DNA of 64,000 nt from Flavobacteriales bacterium (lineage in GTDB: Bacteria; Bacteroidota; Bacteroidia; Palsa-965), in the NCBI GenBank assembly GCA_040377305.1, contig JBEIPA010000021.1, positions 27,944 through 91,943 of the forward strand, in the 5' to 3' direction. Positions 1 to 8,471 of this stretch are shown in pieces. Numbering within the stretch: position 1 is the stretch's first letter; each line of letters opens with the position of its first letter. A model generated the notes under the pieces. That model saw nothing but the letters and a program-made list of their open reading frames with translations, did not search any database and was not told the origin of the DNA. The position numbers and the translations under genes were made by a program.

Positions 1-1722
1 CCATCGAATCTCACTCCAGCACAAAATCTTACGATCTGCAGTGGCAATACGACCACATTATTTACAAATGGAATTGGTACACGAAAATGGTACGATGCAA
101 GTTCAGGTGGTACTTTCCTTCATAGCGGAAACAACTATACGACACCAGTACTCACAGTTACTGATACTTTTTATGTGCAGCAAATAACATCGTGCGGAAC
201 AAGTCCTCGTCTGCCGATTGTTGTGACGGTAAATCCACTTCCGGTTGTTAGTCTTGGAAGTGACATAACACAATGCGGCGGGAACGTAACGCTTGATGCA
301 GGTACAACCGGTGACACGTACGCCTGGAGCACAGGTGCAACCAGTCAAACGATTACTGTTACCACATCCGGTGTTTATTCTGTTGCCTCCACGAGTGGAA
401 ATGGTTGCGTTGGTCGCGATACGGTTAACGTTACAATCAATCCGTTTCCCGTAGTCAATCTCGGAAACGATATTACACAATGCGGTGCGGTTACAATCGA
501 CGCAGGCAACGTAGGAAGCACTTATCTGTGGAGCGATAATTCAACAAGTCAGACGTTGACAACAACAACATCCGGTACTTATAGTGTCGTAGTAACCACA
601 GTTAATGGTTGCACTTCGGGCGATGTAATTAACGTCACGAGTCATTCTTTACCTATTGTTGGTCTTGGTAGTAATATTGCACAATGCGGTGGTACGGTAA
701 CGCTCGACGCACAGAATGCAGGTTCAACTTATTTATGGAATACGAGTGAAGCAACTCAGACCATTGTTGTTTCGGCAAATGGAAACTACAGCGTACAGGT
801 AACTGATGCGAACGGATGCACCGGTACCGATGCAATCAACGTCGACATTTATGCGGTACCAACAGTTGCTCTTGGAAATGACACCACCTTGTGCGGACCA
901 TTGACATTAAATGCCGGCAACAGCGGTAGTACGTATCTGTGGAGTGATAATTCTTCCGGACAAACACTCGCGGCTTCGATAAGCGGAACTTATAGCGTGG
1001 TTGTGACTACGGTCAACGGTTGCACAGGAACCGACGCAATTGATGTAACGAGTTTAGCGCTTCCGGTTGTGACATTGGGAGCCGACATCAATCAGTGCGG
1101 CGGTTCGGTGATGCTTGATGCACAGAACGCCGGATCAACATTTGTTTGGAGTACGAACGCAACATCCCAAACTATTACGGTTACAACATCAGGTTCATAC
1201 AATGTTCAGGTTGCAGCTGTTAATGGTTGCTCGGCAAGTGACACGATCAACGTCGTGATCAACAATGTAGACACTTCAATAACGCCCGGTTTCGGAAGCT
1301 TCACCGCAAATGCAAGCGGAGCAGGTTATCAATGGATTGATTGCGGAAACGGAAATACTCCGGTGAGTGGAGCAACAGCTCAAACGTTTATACCATCAGC
1401 AAACGGAACATACGCAGTTGTTGTCACGCAGAATAGCTGTACTGACACGAGCGGATGTTATTCGGTTCAGAATGTTGGAATAGGAGAGAACAACGATGTT
1501 CAGATTTCTATGTATCCGAATCCGGTCGATGAGCAGATGACGATTAACGTTCCTTCCGGAGGTGTAATTCAGATTTACTCGACAACTGGTGACGTAGTAC
1601 TTGCCCAAAATGTATTTGCAGGAAAGAATACAATCAATACGGAAGTACTTAGCGCCGGCATGTATGTTGTGCGATTCATCACCGACCAGGGAACCAGCTC
1701 ACGAAGACTTATTGTTCAGTAA
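1..1722 (+). CDS. T9SS type A sorting domain surface protein with Ig-like repeats (5' truncated by window edge)
   Basis: Frame is open from base 1 (PSNLTPAQNLTICSGNTTTL...WYDASSGG). Five ~68-aa Cys-containing beta repeats, then a C-terminal MYPNP...GMYVVRF...RRLIVQ sorting domain. Confidence 0.85.
   Translation, partial: PSNLTPAQNLTICSGNTTTLFTNGIGTRKWYDASSGGTFLHSGNNYTTPVLTVTDTFYVQQITSCGTSPRLPIVVTVNPLPVVSLGSDITQCGGNVTLDAGTTGDTYAWSTGATSQTITVTTSGVYSVASTSGNGCVGRDTVNVTINPFPVVNLGNDITQCGAVTIDAGNVGSTYLWSDNSTSQTLTTTTSGTYSVVVTTVNGCTSGDVINVTSHSLPIVGLGSNIAQCGGTVTLDAQNAGSTYLWNTSEATQTIVVSANGNYSVQVTDANGCTGTDAINVDIYAVPTVALGNDTTLCGPLTLNAGNSGSTYLWSDNSSGQTLAASISGTYSVVVTTVNGCTGTDAIDVTSLALPVVTLGADINQCGGSVMLDAQNAGSTFVWSTNATSQTITVTTSGSYNVQVAAVNGCSASDTINVVINNVDTSITPGFGSFTANASGAGYQWIDCGNGNTPVSGATAQTFIPSANGTYAVVVTQNSCTDTSGCYSVQNVGIGENNDVQISMYPNPVDEQMTINVPSGGVIQIYSTTGDVVLAQNVFAGKNTINTEVLSAGMYVVRFITDQGTSSRRLIVQ
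238..1260 (+). repeat. Five intragenic ~68-aa Ig-like repeats (PxVxLGxDxxxC...W...QT...G.YSV....NGC...D.I.V)
   Basis: Visible in the translation; units alternate between two subtypes. Confidence 0.85.
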
Positions 1723-1744
1723 TGCGAGTGTAACCCCCTTGCTA

Positions 1745-1775
1745 GCGGTCGGAAAGTGATTTCCGGCCGTTTTTT
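1745..1775 (+). terminator. Rho-independent terminator
   Basis: GCGGTCGGAAA-GTGA-TTTCCGGCCGT followed by a T run, about 22 nt after the stop codon. Confidence 0.75.
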
Positions 1776-1791
1776 GCATCTAATAGGTAGG

Positions 1792-1819
1792 TGTCACTAT
1801 TATACAAATTGGCGTTATA
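1792..1819 (+). promoter_or_regulatory. Putative ECF-sigma promoter TGTCAC-N15-CGTTATA
   Basis: Same bipartite motif and spacing recur at 29154-29181 and 35317-35344; lies 17 nt before ATG 1837. Confidence 0.45.
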
Positions 1820-1836
1820 GCTTTAAATTCGTCGTC

Positions 1837-2703
1837 ATGAAACACGCGTTACTCGTACTGACTCTCCTGCCGTTTACATTGTTTGGTCGTCACACAGATC
1901 CACGCATACGGCAAGAAGCTCCATATGCTGGAGTAAAGTTGGTGAAGACCACCACTTTCTTCACGTTACCGAAAGAAGGGAATAAGCTCGATACCTGTAT
2001 CAAAGAATCCCATCTGTATAATCAGGATGGATTGCTGGTGCACCACGATTTTTCTATGGTGATGCAAAAGAATCCGCGGTATGATTATCAGGAGAAAATC
2101 GCTTACACCGCTGAAGATGCCTGGACGAAAAGAGAATTCCGTCAAGGATTTCTTATTGACTCAATAGTTGTGAATGGATCACGGGCTAACTATTATTTCT
2201 TCAAGGAGAATAAAATTCATGCGCTTTATGAATATCGTGGCGATTCAATGCAAGAGAAGATGATCAACTCCGGAGACACGTTATTCAGAGCGAAGAAGCC
2301 TTTCACGTATTTTAACCGGGATGATTTTTGGGATTATGCAAACGCAGGTTCATTTGCACGAAAAGCCGTTATGCATGATAAGGACGGAGCCGCAACGGTG
2401 ACTTATTTCAACGAGAAGGACGAGGCTTTGGTTAGCTATACGGAGCATCGTGTTATGGGTGGCAAAGTTTCTCAGGTCGATTACTTCAATTATCGTGTGA
2501 AGCGATTTGATTTCAAGCGGCTGACGTACAGCGACAAAATGGAAATGAATTTTTTTCTGGAGAAAAGTAAGAAGGGAAAACCATCGTATCAGATTTACTA
2601 CACCTATAACGACAAGAATCAACTGGTCGAGGAAAAGTGGGTTGATGGAAATCCGAAGAAGAATCAGGTTGTAATCAAATACGAATACGAGTTCTACTTT
2701 TAA
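1837..2703 (+). CDS. Hypothetical exported protein
   Basis: Start moved to MKHALLVLTLLPFTLFG (signal-peptide-like). Tyr-rich beta-hairpin-like motifs (YTYNDKNQLVEE, KYEYEFYF). Confidence 0.7.
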   Translation: MKHALLVLTLLPFTLFGRHTDPRIRQEAPYAGVKLVKTTTFFTLPKEGNKLDTCIKESHLYNQDGLLVHHDFSMVMQKNPRYDYQEKIAYTAEDAWTKREFRQGFLIDSIVVNGSRANYYFFKENKIHALYEYRGDSMQEKMINSGDTLFRAKKPFTYFNRDDFWDYANAGSFARKAVMHDKDGAATVTYFNEKDEALVSYTEHRVMGGKVSQVDYFNYRVKRFDFKRLTYSDKMEMNFFLEKSKKGKPSYQIYYTYNDKNQLVEEKWVDGNPKKNQVVIKYEYEFYF

Positions 2704-2777
2704 AGCTCGAAATCTTCGAATTTGCGGCAAATTTTACGTTTCGAATATTTTTCAGCCCGAAAATTAGGTGACTAGAA

Positions 2778-2805
2778 ATATCTATCGTAATATTGCGATA
2801 GATAT
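2778..2805. promoter_or_regulatory. ArsR operator (near-perfect 28-bp palindrome)
   Basis: ATATCTATCGTAATATTGCGATAGATAT, 8 nt upstream of the arsR ATG. Confidence 0.8.
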
Positions 2806-2813
2806 CTATATCA

Positions 2814-3146
2814 ATGGGCATTTCCAAAACAGACGATTTTACGCTTAGAGAAAACAGGATTGCACGCTATGCAAAGGCGCTTGCTCACCCTGCACGCGTT
2901 GCGATCCTGAACATCCTTCTCAAAAAGCAAGCATGCATTTGTGGCGACATTGTCGACGTTCTGCCACTTTCACAGAGTACCGTCTCTCAACATCTCAAGG
3001 AATTAAAAGAAGCTGGTTTAATTCAGGGGGACACTGAAGGCGTGAAAGTGTGTTATTGCATCAACGAAGAAGGATGGACCGAAGCGAAAGAATCGTTTAA
3101 AGTGCTCTTTGATTCTTACAAAGCCGGCAGCAGTTGTTGCCGGTAG
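2814..3146 (+). CDS. arsR: ArsR/SmtB family metalloregulator
   Basis: KALAHPAR...ACICGDIV...[19 protein letters not shown] winged HTH with CxC, C-terminal SSCCR; heads an arsC-containing operon. Confidence 0.93.
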   Translation: MGISKTDDFTLRENRIARYAKALAHPARVAILNILLKKQACICGDIVDVLPLSQSTVSQHLKELKEAGLIQGDTEGVKVCYCINEEGWTEAKESFKVLFDSYKAGSSCCR

Positions 3147-3158
3147 TTAAGTATAACA

Positions 3159-3174
3159 ATCGTAAAAAACCGAT
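3159..3174. promoter_or_regulatory. Second ArsR-box-like site ATCG-N8-CGAT
   Basis: ATCGTAAAAAACCGAT has the same half-sites and spacing as the operator core ATCGTAATATTGCGAT. Confidence 0.5.
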
Positions 3175-3177
3175 AAA

Positions 3178-3264
3178 ATGAACACTCAAAATCAAGATTG
3201 CTCCTGCGGCACTACAGTTTGCCTGCCAGGATGCTGCGGTGGTAACTCAACAGGTTGCTGCTAA
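3178..3264 (+). CDS. Small Cys-rich peptide, 28 aa (MNTQNQDCSCGTTVCLPGCCGGNSTGCC), metallothionein-like candidate
   Basis: ATG 3178 to TAA 3264 with an A-rich leader, 7 Cys; lies between arsR and the DUF6428-like gene; absent from the supplied ORF track. Confidence 0.7.
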   Translation: MNTQNQDCSCGTTVCLPGCCGGNSTGCC

Positions 3265-3271
3265 ATAGTTC

Positions 3272-3296
3272 GGAGTTGGGAGATGGGAGACGGGAG
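3272..3296. repeat. Heptamer tandem array (GGAGTTG GGAGATG GGAGACG GGAG)
   Basis: Read directly. Confidence 0.6.
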
Positions 3297-3343
3297 TACC
3301 GTTGACCATTTCCACTCCATTAAATCATTAATATTTAGTTACC

Positions 3344-3823
3344 ATGAAATTATCTGACGTAAAAACAGCATTGACAGGACTTTCCGAAGTGAATTTCCTT
3401 TTACCCGATGGAACAAAAGTTCCTGAACATTTTCACGTTACGGAAGTGGGTGCAATTTCAAAACACTTTATCGACTGTGGCGGCACGGTTCGCAAAGAGA
3501 ACGTTGTGAATTTCCAATTGTGGGAAGCGAATGATTTCGATCATCGTCTGAAGCCGCAAAAGCTTATTGACATTATTGCACTTTCTGAACGTGTACTCGG
3601 CCTCGAAGATCTCGAAGTGGAAGTAGAGTATCAGTCAAACACAATCGGAAAGTATGGTCTGAACTTCAGCAACGGAAACTTCATTCTTGAAGCGAAAACA
3701 ACCAACTGCCTGGCAACCGATAAGTGCGGAATTCCACCGGAAAAGTTGAAAGTAAGTTTGTCTTCGTTAACTCCAGCGGGTGAATCAGATGCGTGTTGCG
3801 GACCGAACTCAAAATGTTGTTAA
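3344..3823 (+). CDS. DUF6428-like protein, ars-operon associated
   Basis: VPEHFHVTEVG...FIDCGG...NFQLW...HRLKP...EVEYQ...TIGKY signature; Cys-rich tail CLATDKCG...CCGPNSKCC. Confidence 0.85.
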   Translation: MKLSDVKTALTGLSEVNFLLPDGTKVPEHFHVTEVGAISKHFIDCGGTVRKENVVNFQLWEANDFDHRLKPQKLIDIIALSERVLGLEDLEVEVEYQSNTIGKYGLNFSNGNFILEAKTTNCLATDKCGIPPEKLKVSLSSLTPAGESDACCGPNSKCC

Positions 3824-3860
3824 CTCTTAAACATCAGCTTTAGCCGGCGCTGCCGTCTTT

Positions 3861-3950
3861 GCCACAGATTCGCAGATTTCTCAGATGACGCAAATTATTT
3901 TTAGTTTAATTATTAATCTGTGAAATCAGCGTAATCAGCGAATCTGTGGT
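3861..3950. repeat. Intergenic inverted repeat built from ~9-nt CAGATT/AATCTG units
   Basis: CCACAGATTCGCAGATT ... AATCAGCGAATCTGTGG with an AT-rich spacer. Confidence 0.7.
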
Positions 3951-3992
3951 AAGGTGCCAAAGGCGCAACAGAAAACTACAAACACTGTAAGT

Positions 3993-4406
3993 ATGAAAAG
4001 CATATTAGTCCTATGCACGGGCAACAGTTGCCGATCGCAAATGGCGGAAGGTTACCTGCGTCATTTCGCCGGATCCAAAGCTGAAATCTATAGCGCCGGC
4101 GTGGAAAAACACGGCGTAAATCCGAAGGCAATTCACTTCATGAAGGAAGATGGAATTGATATTTCCTCGCACACGTCTAATCTCGTTGACGAATACATCG
4201 GAATTGATTTCGATTTCGTGATTACAGTCTGCGATAGTGCGAAGGAACGTTGTCCTGTTTTTCCTTCGAAGGCAAAGAAGTTCCATCAGGATTTTCCGGA
4301 CCCATCGAAAGTATCAGGAACAGCCGATGAAATTGCAGCTGCTTTCCGGCGTACACGTGAGATGATAAAAGTATATTGCGCTGAATTTGTAAATAGCAAT
4401 TTGTAG
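3993..4406 (+). CDS. arsC: Arsenate reductase, thioredoxin-coupled (LMW-PTP fold)
   Basis: CTGNSCRSQMAEG P-loop, VCDSAKERCP redox Cys pair and DP motif; start set at MKSILVLC. Confidence 0.92.
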   Translation: MKSILVLCTGNSCRSQMAEGYLRHFAGSKAEIYSAGVEKHGVNPKAIHFMKEDGIDISSHTSNLVDEYIGIDFDFVITVCDSAKERCPVFPSKAKKFHQDFPDPSKVSGTADEIAAAFRRTREMIKVYCAEFVNSNL

Positions 4407-4441
4407 AAACATTTTTCCGAATCCTTTTTCTGATTCCTAAC

Positions 4442-5107
4442 ATGAGCAAATACGTTTCGGAGTTCATTGCAACATTCACATTGCTCCTGGCAATTCTTGA
4501 AGCAATTATTTTAACAACAGGATCATCGTACGGACTGGTGATCGTTTCATTTGTAGCCGGTGCAGGTGTTACGATTCTCATTTACGGATTCCGGAAACAT
4601 TCAGGGGCACACATGAATCCTGCAGTGAGTACAGCAATGTGGCTCGACAATCAGCTCACTACAAAAGTTTATCTCGGTTATTTTGCGGTTCAGTTGTTCG
4701 CATCGGCTGCTGCGGCATGGGTTATTGATTTCACTCATCGCGATCAGGCTTATGTGATGGGAATGACTGTGCCTTCACTTACTGAAGGTCAAGCCTGGAT
4801 ACTTGAAGCGGCGTTGACTTTTATTCTCGTGTTAGCTATTTTCCGATGCATTGATCCGGCGCGACCTAAAATGGACAAATTTCTTGCTCCGTTAATTGGC
4901 TTGATCGTATTCTTCGAAATCTATTTTGCAGGAATGTATTCGGGTGCATCCATGAATCCGGCACGCTCATTTGGACCGGCATTGATTGAGGGTAGGACTG
5001 AGTATCATTGGTTATTTTTCTCGGCGCCGGTATTTGGGGCAGCGGTTGCACGGTATTTTGATTTGATTTTCAGGAAGAAGGTGGTGGCGAACGTTGCAGG
5101 GATTTAA
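4442..5107 (+). CDS. MIP/aquaporin family channel (probable arsenite conduit)
   Basis: SGAHMNPAVS and GASMNPARSFGPA NPA boxes, six hydrophobic segments; last gene of the ars operon. Confidence 0.9.
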   Translation: MSKYVSEFIATFTLLLAILEAIILTTGSSYGLVIVSFVAGAGVTILIYGFRKHSGAHMNPAVSTAMWLDNQLTTKVYLGYFAVQLFASAAAAWVIDFTHRDQAYVMGMTVPSLTEGQAWILEAALTFILVLAIFRCIDPARPKMDKFLAPLIGLIVFFEIYFAGMYSGASMNPARSFGPALIEGRTEYHWLFFSAPVFGAAVARYFDLIFRKKVVANVAGI

Positions 5108-5132
5108 ATCCTCCAGGGTGTAGTAGCAAATC

Positions 5133-5265
5133 AACCCTGCAAGCGTTTAACTCCTGCAGGGTGTCAATCTATCCCAGATTAAACGTTTGAAAACGCCTAT
5201 TCCCATTAGAATTTCTTAAACTACGCGCGCGCATAACCCTGCAGGAGTTAAACGCTTGCGGGGTT
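5133..5265. repeat. Inverted pair of 30-bp REP-like palindromes
   Basis: AACCCTGCAAGCGTTTAACTCCTGCAGGGT (5133-5162) and its reverse complement with one mismatch (5236-5265). Confidence 0.8.
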
Positions 5266-5409
5266 ATACAAACTCCTACGTGCATAAGTTTCCCGCCCCG
5301 AAAAATCCTCTGCCAACTTTCACTGTAATTTTTCACCATGGCAAAGTTCGCCCTTGTGCAAGCAGTTCTTCGACTGTATACCGCCCAACTGCTGACTGCC
5401 AACTGAAAA

Positions 5410-6009
5410 GTGAACGCTAAAGCAAAACTCAAACCCGGAATCACCCTCAACTTCTTCGGCGAAGGATACAACCTCCTGCGCTTCGATGAAAACCGATTGC
5501 CGTTTCGGGAGATCGAACAGCGAGCAATGGAAATGAAACTGGAAATCGATCGCGCAATTCTTGATCTGGAATTCTACGAACCGTTTGCAGAGCAGGGATT
5601 GAAATCCTGGAAGGACATCACCATACAAGTGACGCGTGGTAGCTCGGTCAACCGCTTATCGTGGATGGAAATCCGTTCAGAAGGGAAAAAGCGAAAGACA
5701 CATATTCTCGAAGAACTGTTTTTAGCAGAAACACTTTTCCCTTTGTGCGATTTTCAGCTGGACGAAATGCCCGTCGTTAAAAATGTGAGCGGATCGTTTT
5801 ATATCCTCGAAAAGGAAGTTGGAAAAATCGATACGTTCTTTATCGAAGGTGCGGTTCCCGATCTGGAACATCTTCACTTTTCGCTGGAGAAATACAGTCT
5901 TCCCGGAAAAGAATTGTTGCTTTTAACCGGTGTTTCCTGCAAAGGCGAAGCGCTCCTGAGGAAAGAAACCGATACGGTGATTTCTACTATGCGGTTGATT
6001 CTCACCTAA
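5410..6009 (+). CDS. Hypothetical protein
   Basis: 199-aa ORF whose stop overlaps the next start (TAATG); no family recognised. Confidence 0.65.
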   Translation: MNAKAKLKPGITLNFFGEGYNLLRFDENRLPFREIEQRAMEMKLEIDRAILDLEFYEPFAEQGLKSWKDITIQVTRGSSVNRLSWMEIRSEGKKRKTHILEELFLAETLFPLCDFQLDEMPVVKNVSGSFYILEKEVGKIDTFFIEGAVPDLEHLHFSLEKYSLPGKELLLLTGVSCKGEALLRKETDTVISTMRLILT

Positions 6010-8468
6010 TGCTTAATTTAGTCCTGGTGCGCTTTCTCCTCTTTTCAATATCATTTGCTGTTTGCATTTCTACCACTGCGCAGGTACAGCCGCGTCCCAT
6101 TGAAACGGACGGAATACGCAAGCATACGGCGTGGTCGGTTCCGAAGGATGTTGATGTTCCGATAATCGATGGGGAATTTAATGATCTCGCATGGCAGTAT
6201 GGAGATGTTGTAAACGACTTCGTTCAGCAAGCGCCCAATCCCGGTGAGCCTTCACGTCAGCAAACCGGGGTCAAAATTCTCTACACGAACGAAGCGATTT
6301 ATGTCGCAGCTTCCATGTTTGATTCAGCACCGGATTCAATATTGCAGCAACTAGGCCCGCGCGACGAATGGCAAAACAATACGGATGCTTTTGCATTGAT
6401 GATTGATCCGTACCACGATCGCCGTAACGCATTTCTTTTTGCAGTAACTGCAGCCGGAGTACAAACAGATTCAAGATTCATCTTTGATAAATCCGATGTG
6501 TCTTTAAATGCTGTCTGGTACAGCGCGGTAACAATCAACTCAAGAGGCTGGCACGTGGAGATGAAGATTCCATACCAGGCAATCCGTTTTCCAAAAGCAG
6601 AAGAGCAATTATGGGGAATTAACTACACCCGTATAATCCGCCGATACAGAGAACAATCGTGGTGGAACAATGTTGATCCGAACGTAAGCGGGGTGGTGAA
6701 TCAGTGCGGGGACCTAACCGGCATTAAGAACATTGATCCTCCGGTACGACTTGCATTGTTTCCATACGCATCCGGTTATTACGAACTTTATGATGGAGAA
6801 TCTACCACCTCATTCAATGGTGGAATGGATGTGAAGTATGGTCTGTCGGATGGCTTTACGCTCGACTTAACGCTGATTCCGGATTTCGGACAAACGTTAA
6901 GCGACAATCTGGTATTGAATTTATCTCCTTTCGAAGTGCGTTACGACGAACGGAGATATTTTTTTACTGAAGGAACAGAGCTCTTCAATCGGAACGACTT
7001 GCTTTACACCAGACGAATAGGAGGTAGGCCGGCAGGATATTCAGCTGTGCAGAGTCAACTTGATTCGAATGAATATGTAGTGAGCAATCCTGCGAGCACC
7101 AGATTGTATAATGCACTTAAAATATCAGGTCGCACGAGAAAGAAAACCGGAATAGGATTCTTCAACGCTGTTTCATCGGAGTCGAATGCAATTGTTGAGA
7201 ACAGTGTAACTCTTCAGCAGCGGGAAATTGAAACATCTCCCTTGACAAATTTCAATTGTTTCGTGGTGGAGCAGATTCTCGGCCGGTATTCTTACATCGG
7301 TTACATGAATACCACGGTTCTTCGCTCGAACCACGGAGAAGATGCGATGGTGAACAGTGTGCAGTTTCGGGCCGCGACCGGGAATAACAAATATGCAGTG
7401 GAAGGATATTTCGATAACAGCCTCACCAATGAAATTTCGTCCAATGGAATTTCCGGTTTTCGATATCACATCGAAGGTGGCAAAGTGAAAGGACCACTCA
7501 TTCTGAAATACCGCCATCATCTGGTCAGCAACACGTTCGACTCAAACGATATGGGTTATCTGGACCGTAACAACTATTACAATCACGGTACTACGATTGG
7601 TTACAACGTGTTCACTCCTTTCAGAAGAGTTCTCTGGACAATCAATGAAGTGAATACGGACGTTTCATACATGTACGATGTAAACTGGAGAACGTTTTTC
7701 ACGGTTGCGGGTCGGCACATTATTACGTACCGGAATTTTATGACCGTTGGAATCAATTGGCTCGCGAATCCGGCGAAGGCAAATGACTTTTTCGAGACAC
7801 GTACACAGAAGCGTTATTTGATTTATCCGGAGAACTATGAGCTCGGAGGCTGGATGTCTTCTGATTACAGAAAGATTATCGCTCTCGATGCTGGCGCTTC
7901 CTATCGCATCTTTCTTGAACGCAGCAGAACGATTTTCAAATATTACATAGCTCCGCGATACCGGGCAAGCGACAATCTCTTCATTGTATACCGATGGGAT
8001 CATGAACTGAAACATGATAACATAGGATATGTATACGGTGCTAGTTCACCGATCATCGTTTTTGGCTTGCGTGATATGAATACGGTTACAAGTACGCTTA
8101 CAACTACGTACATCTTCACTCCGAAAATGGGATTGTCGCTCCGTGTGCGTCACTACTGGTCAGAAGTTTCTTACAAGGAATATTTTGATCTGCAGCCAAA
8201 CGGAACACTGGAGCACTATGATTATCCCGGTAATGCGAACATCAGCTTCAATGCTTTCAATATTGACCTCATCTACACCTGGGTTTTTCAACCGGGGAGT
8301 GAACTGATCGTGACCTACAAGAATTCTATTCTGTCTTCTTCGAATGTTCTGTTGGGAAGTTATTCCGAAGATCTTGGACACATGTTCGACGGACCAGAGA
8401 GCAACAGCATTTCTGTGAAGTTGATTTGGTACCTTGATGCTGGAAAATACTTAAAGAAGAAACAGTAA
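6009..8468 (+). CDS. DUF5916-type protein: CBM9-like N-terminal domain plus probable outer-membrane barrel
   Basis: Signal peptide; PIIDGEFNDLAW, GWHVEMKIPY..RF, WGINY.R, LDLTLIPDFGQ, ERRYFFTEG, LYTRRIG motifs. Confidence 0.85.
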   Translation: MLNLVLVRFLLFSISFAVCISTTAQVQPRPIETDGIRKHTAWSVPKDVDVPIIDGEFNDLAWQYGDVVNDFVQQAPNPGEPSRQQTGVKILYTNEAIYVAASMFDSAPDSILQQLGPRDEWQNNTDAFALMIDPYHDRRNAFLFAVTAAGVQTDSRFIFDKSDVSLNAVWYSAVTINSRGWHVEMKIPYQAIRFPKAEEQLWGINYTRIIRRYREQSWWNNVDPNVSGVVNQCGDLTGIKNIDPPVRLALFPYASGYYELYDGESTTSFNGGMDVKYGLSDGFTLDLTLIPDFGQTLSDNLVLNLSPFEVRYDERRYFFTEGTELFNRNDLLYTRRIGGRPAGYSAVQSQLDSNEYVVSNPASTRLYNALKISGRTRKKTGIGFFNAVSSESNAIVENSVTLQQREIETSPLTNFNCFVVEQILGRYSYIGYMNTTVLRSNHGEDAMVNSVQFRAATGNNKYAVEGYFDNSLTNEISSNGISGFRYHIEGGKVKGPLILKYRHHLVSNTFDSNDMGYLDRNNYYNHGTTIGYNVFTPFRRVLWTINEVNTDVSYMYDVNWRTFFTVAGRHIITYRNFMTVGINWLANPAKANDFFETRTQKRYLIYPENYELGGWMSSDYRKIIALDAGASYRIFLERSRTIFKYYIAPRYRASDNLFIVYRWDHELKHDNIGYVYGASSPIIVFGLRDMNTVTSTLTTTYIFTPKMGLSLRVRHYWSEVSYKEYFDLQPNGTLEHYDYPGNANISFNAFNIDLIYTWVFQPGSELIVTYKNSILSSSNVLLGSYSEDLGHMFDGPESNSISVKLIWYLDAGKYLKKKQ

Positions 8469-8471
8469 CAC

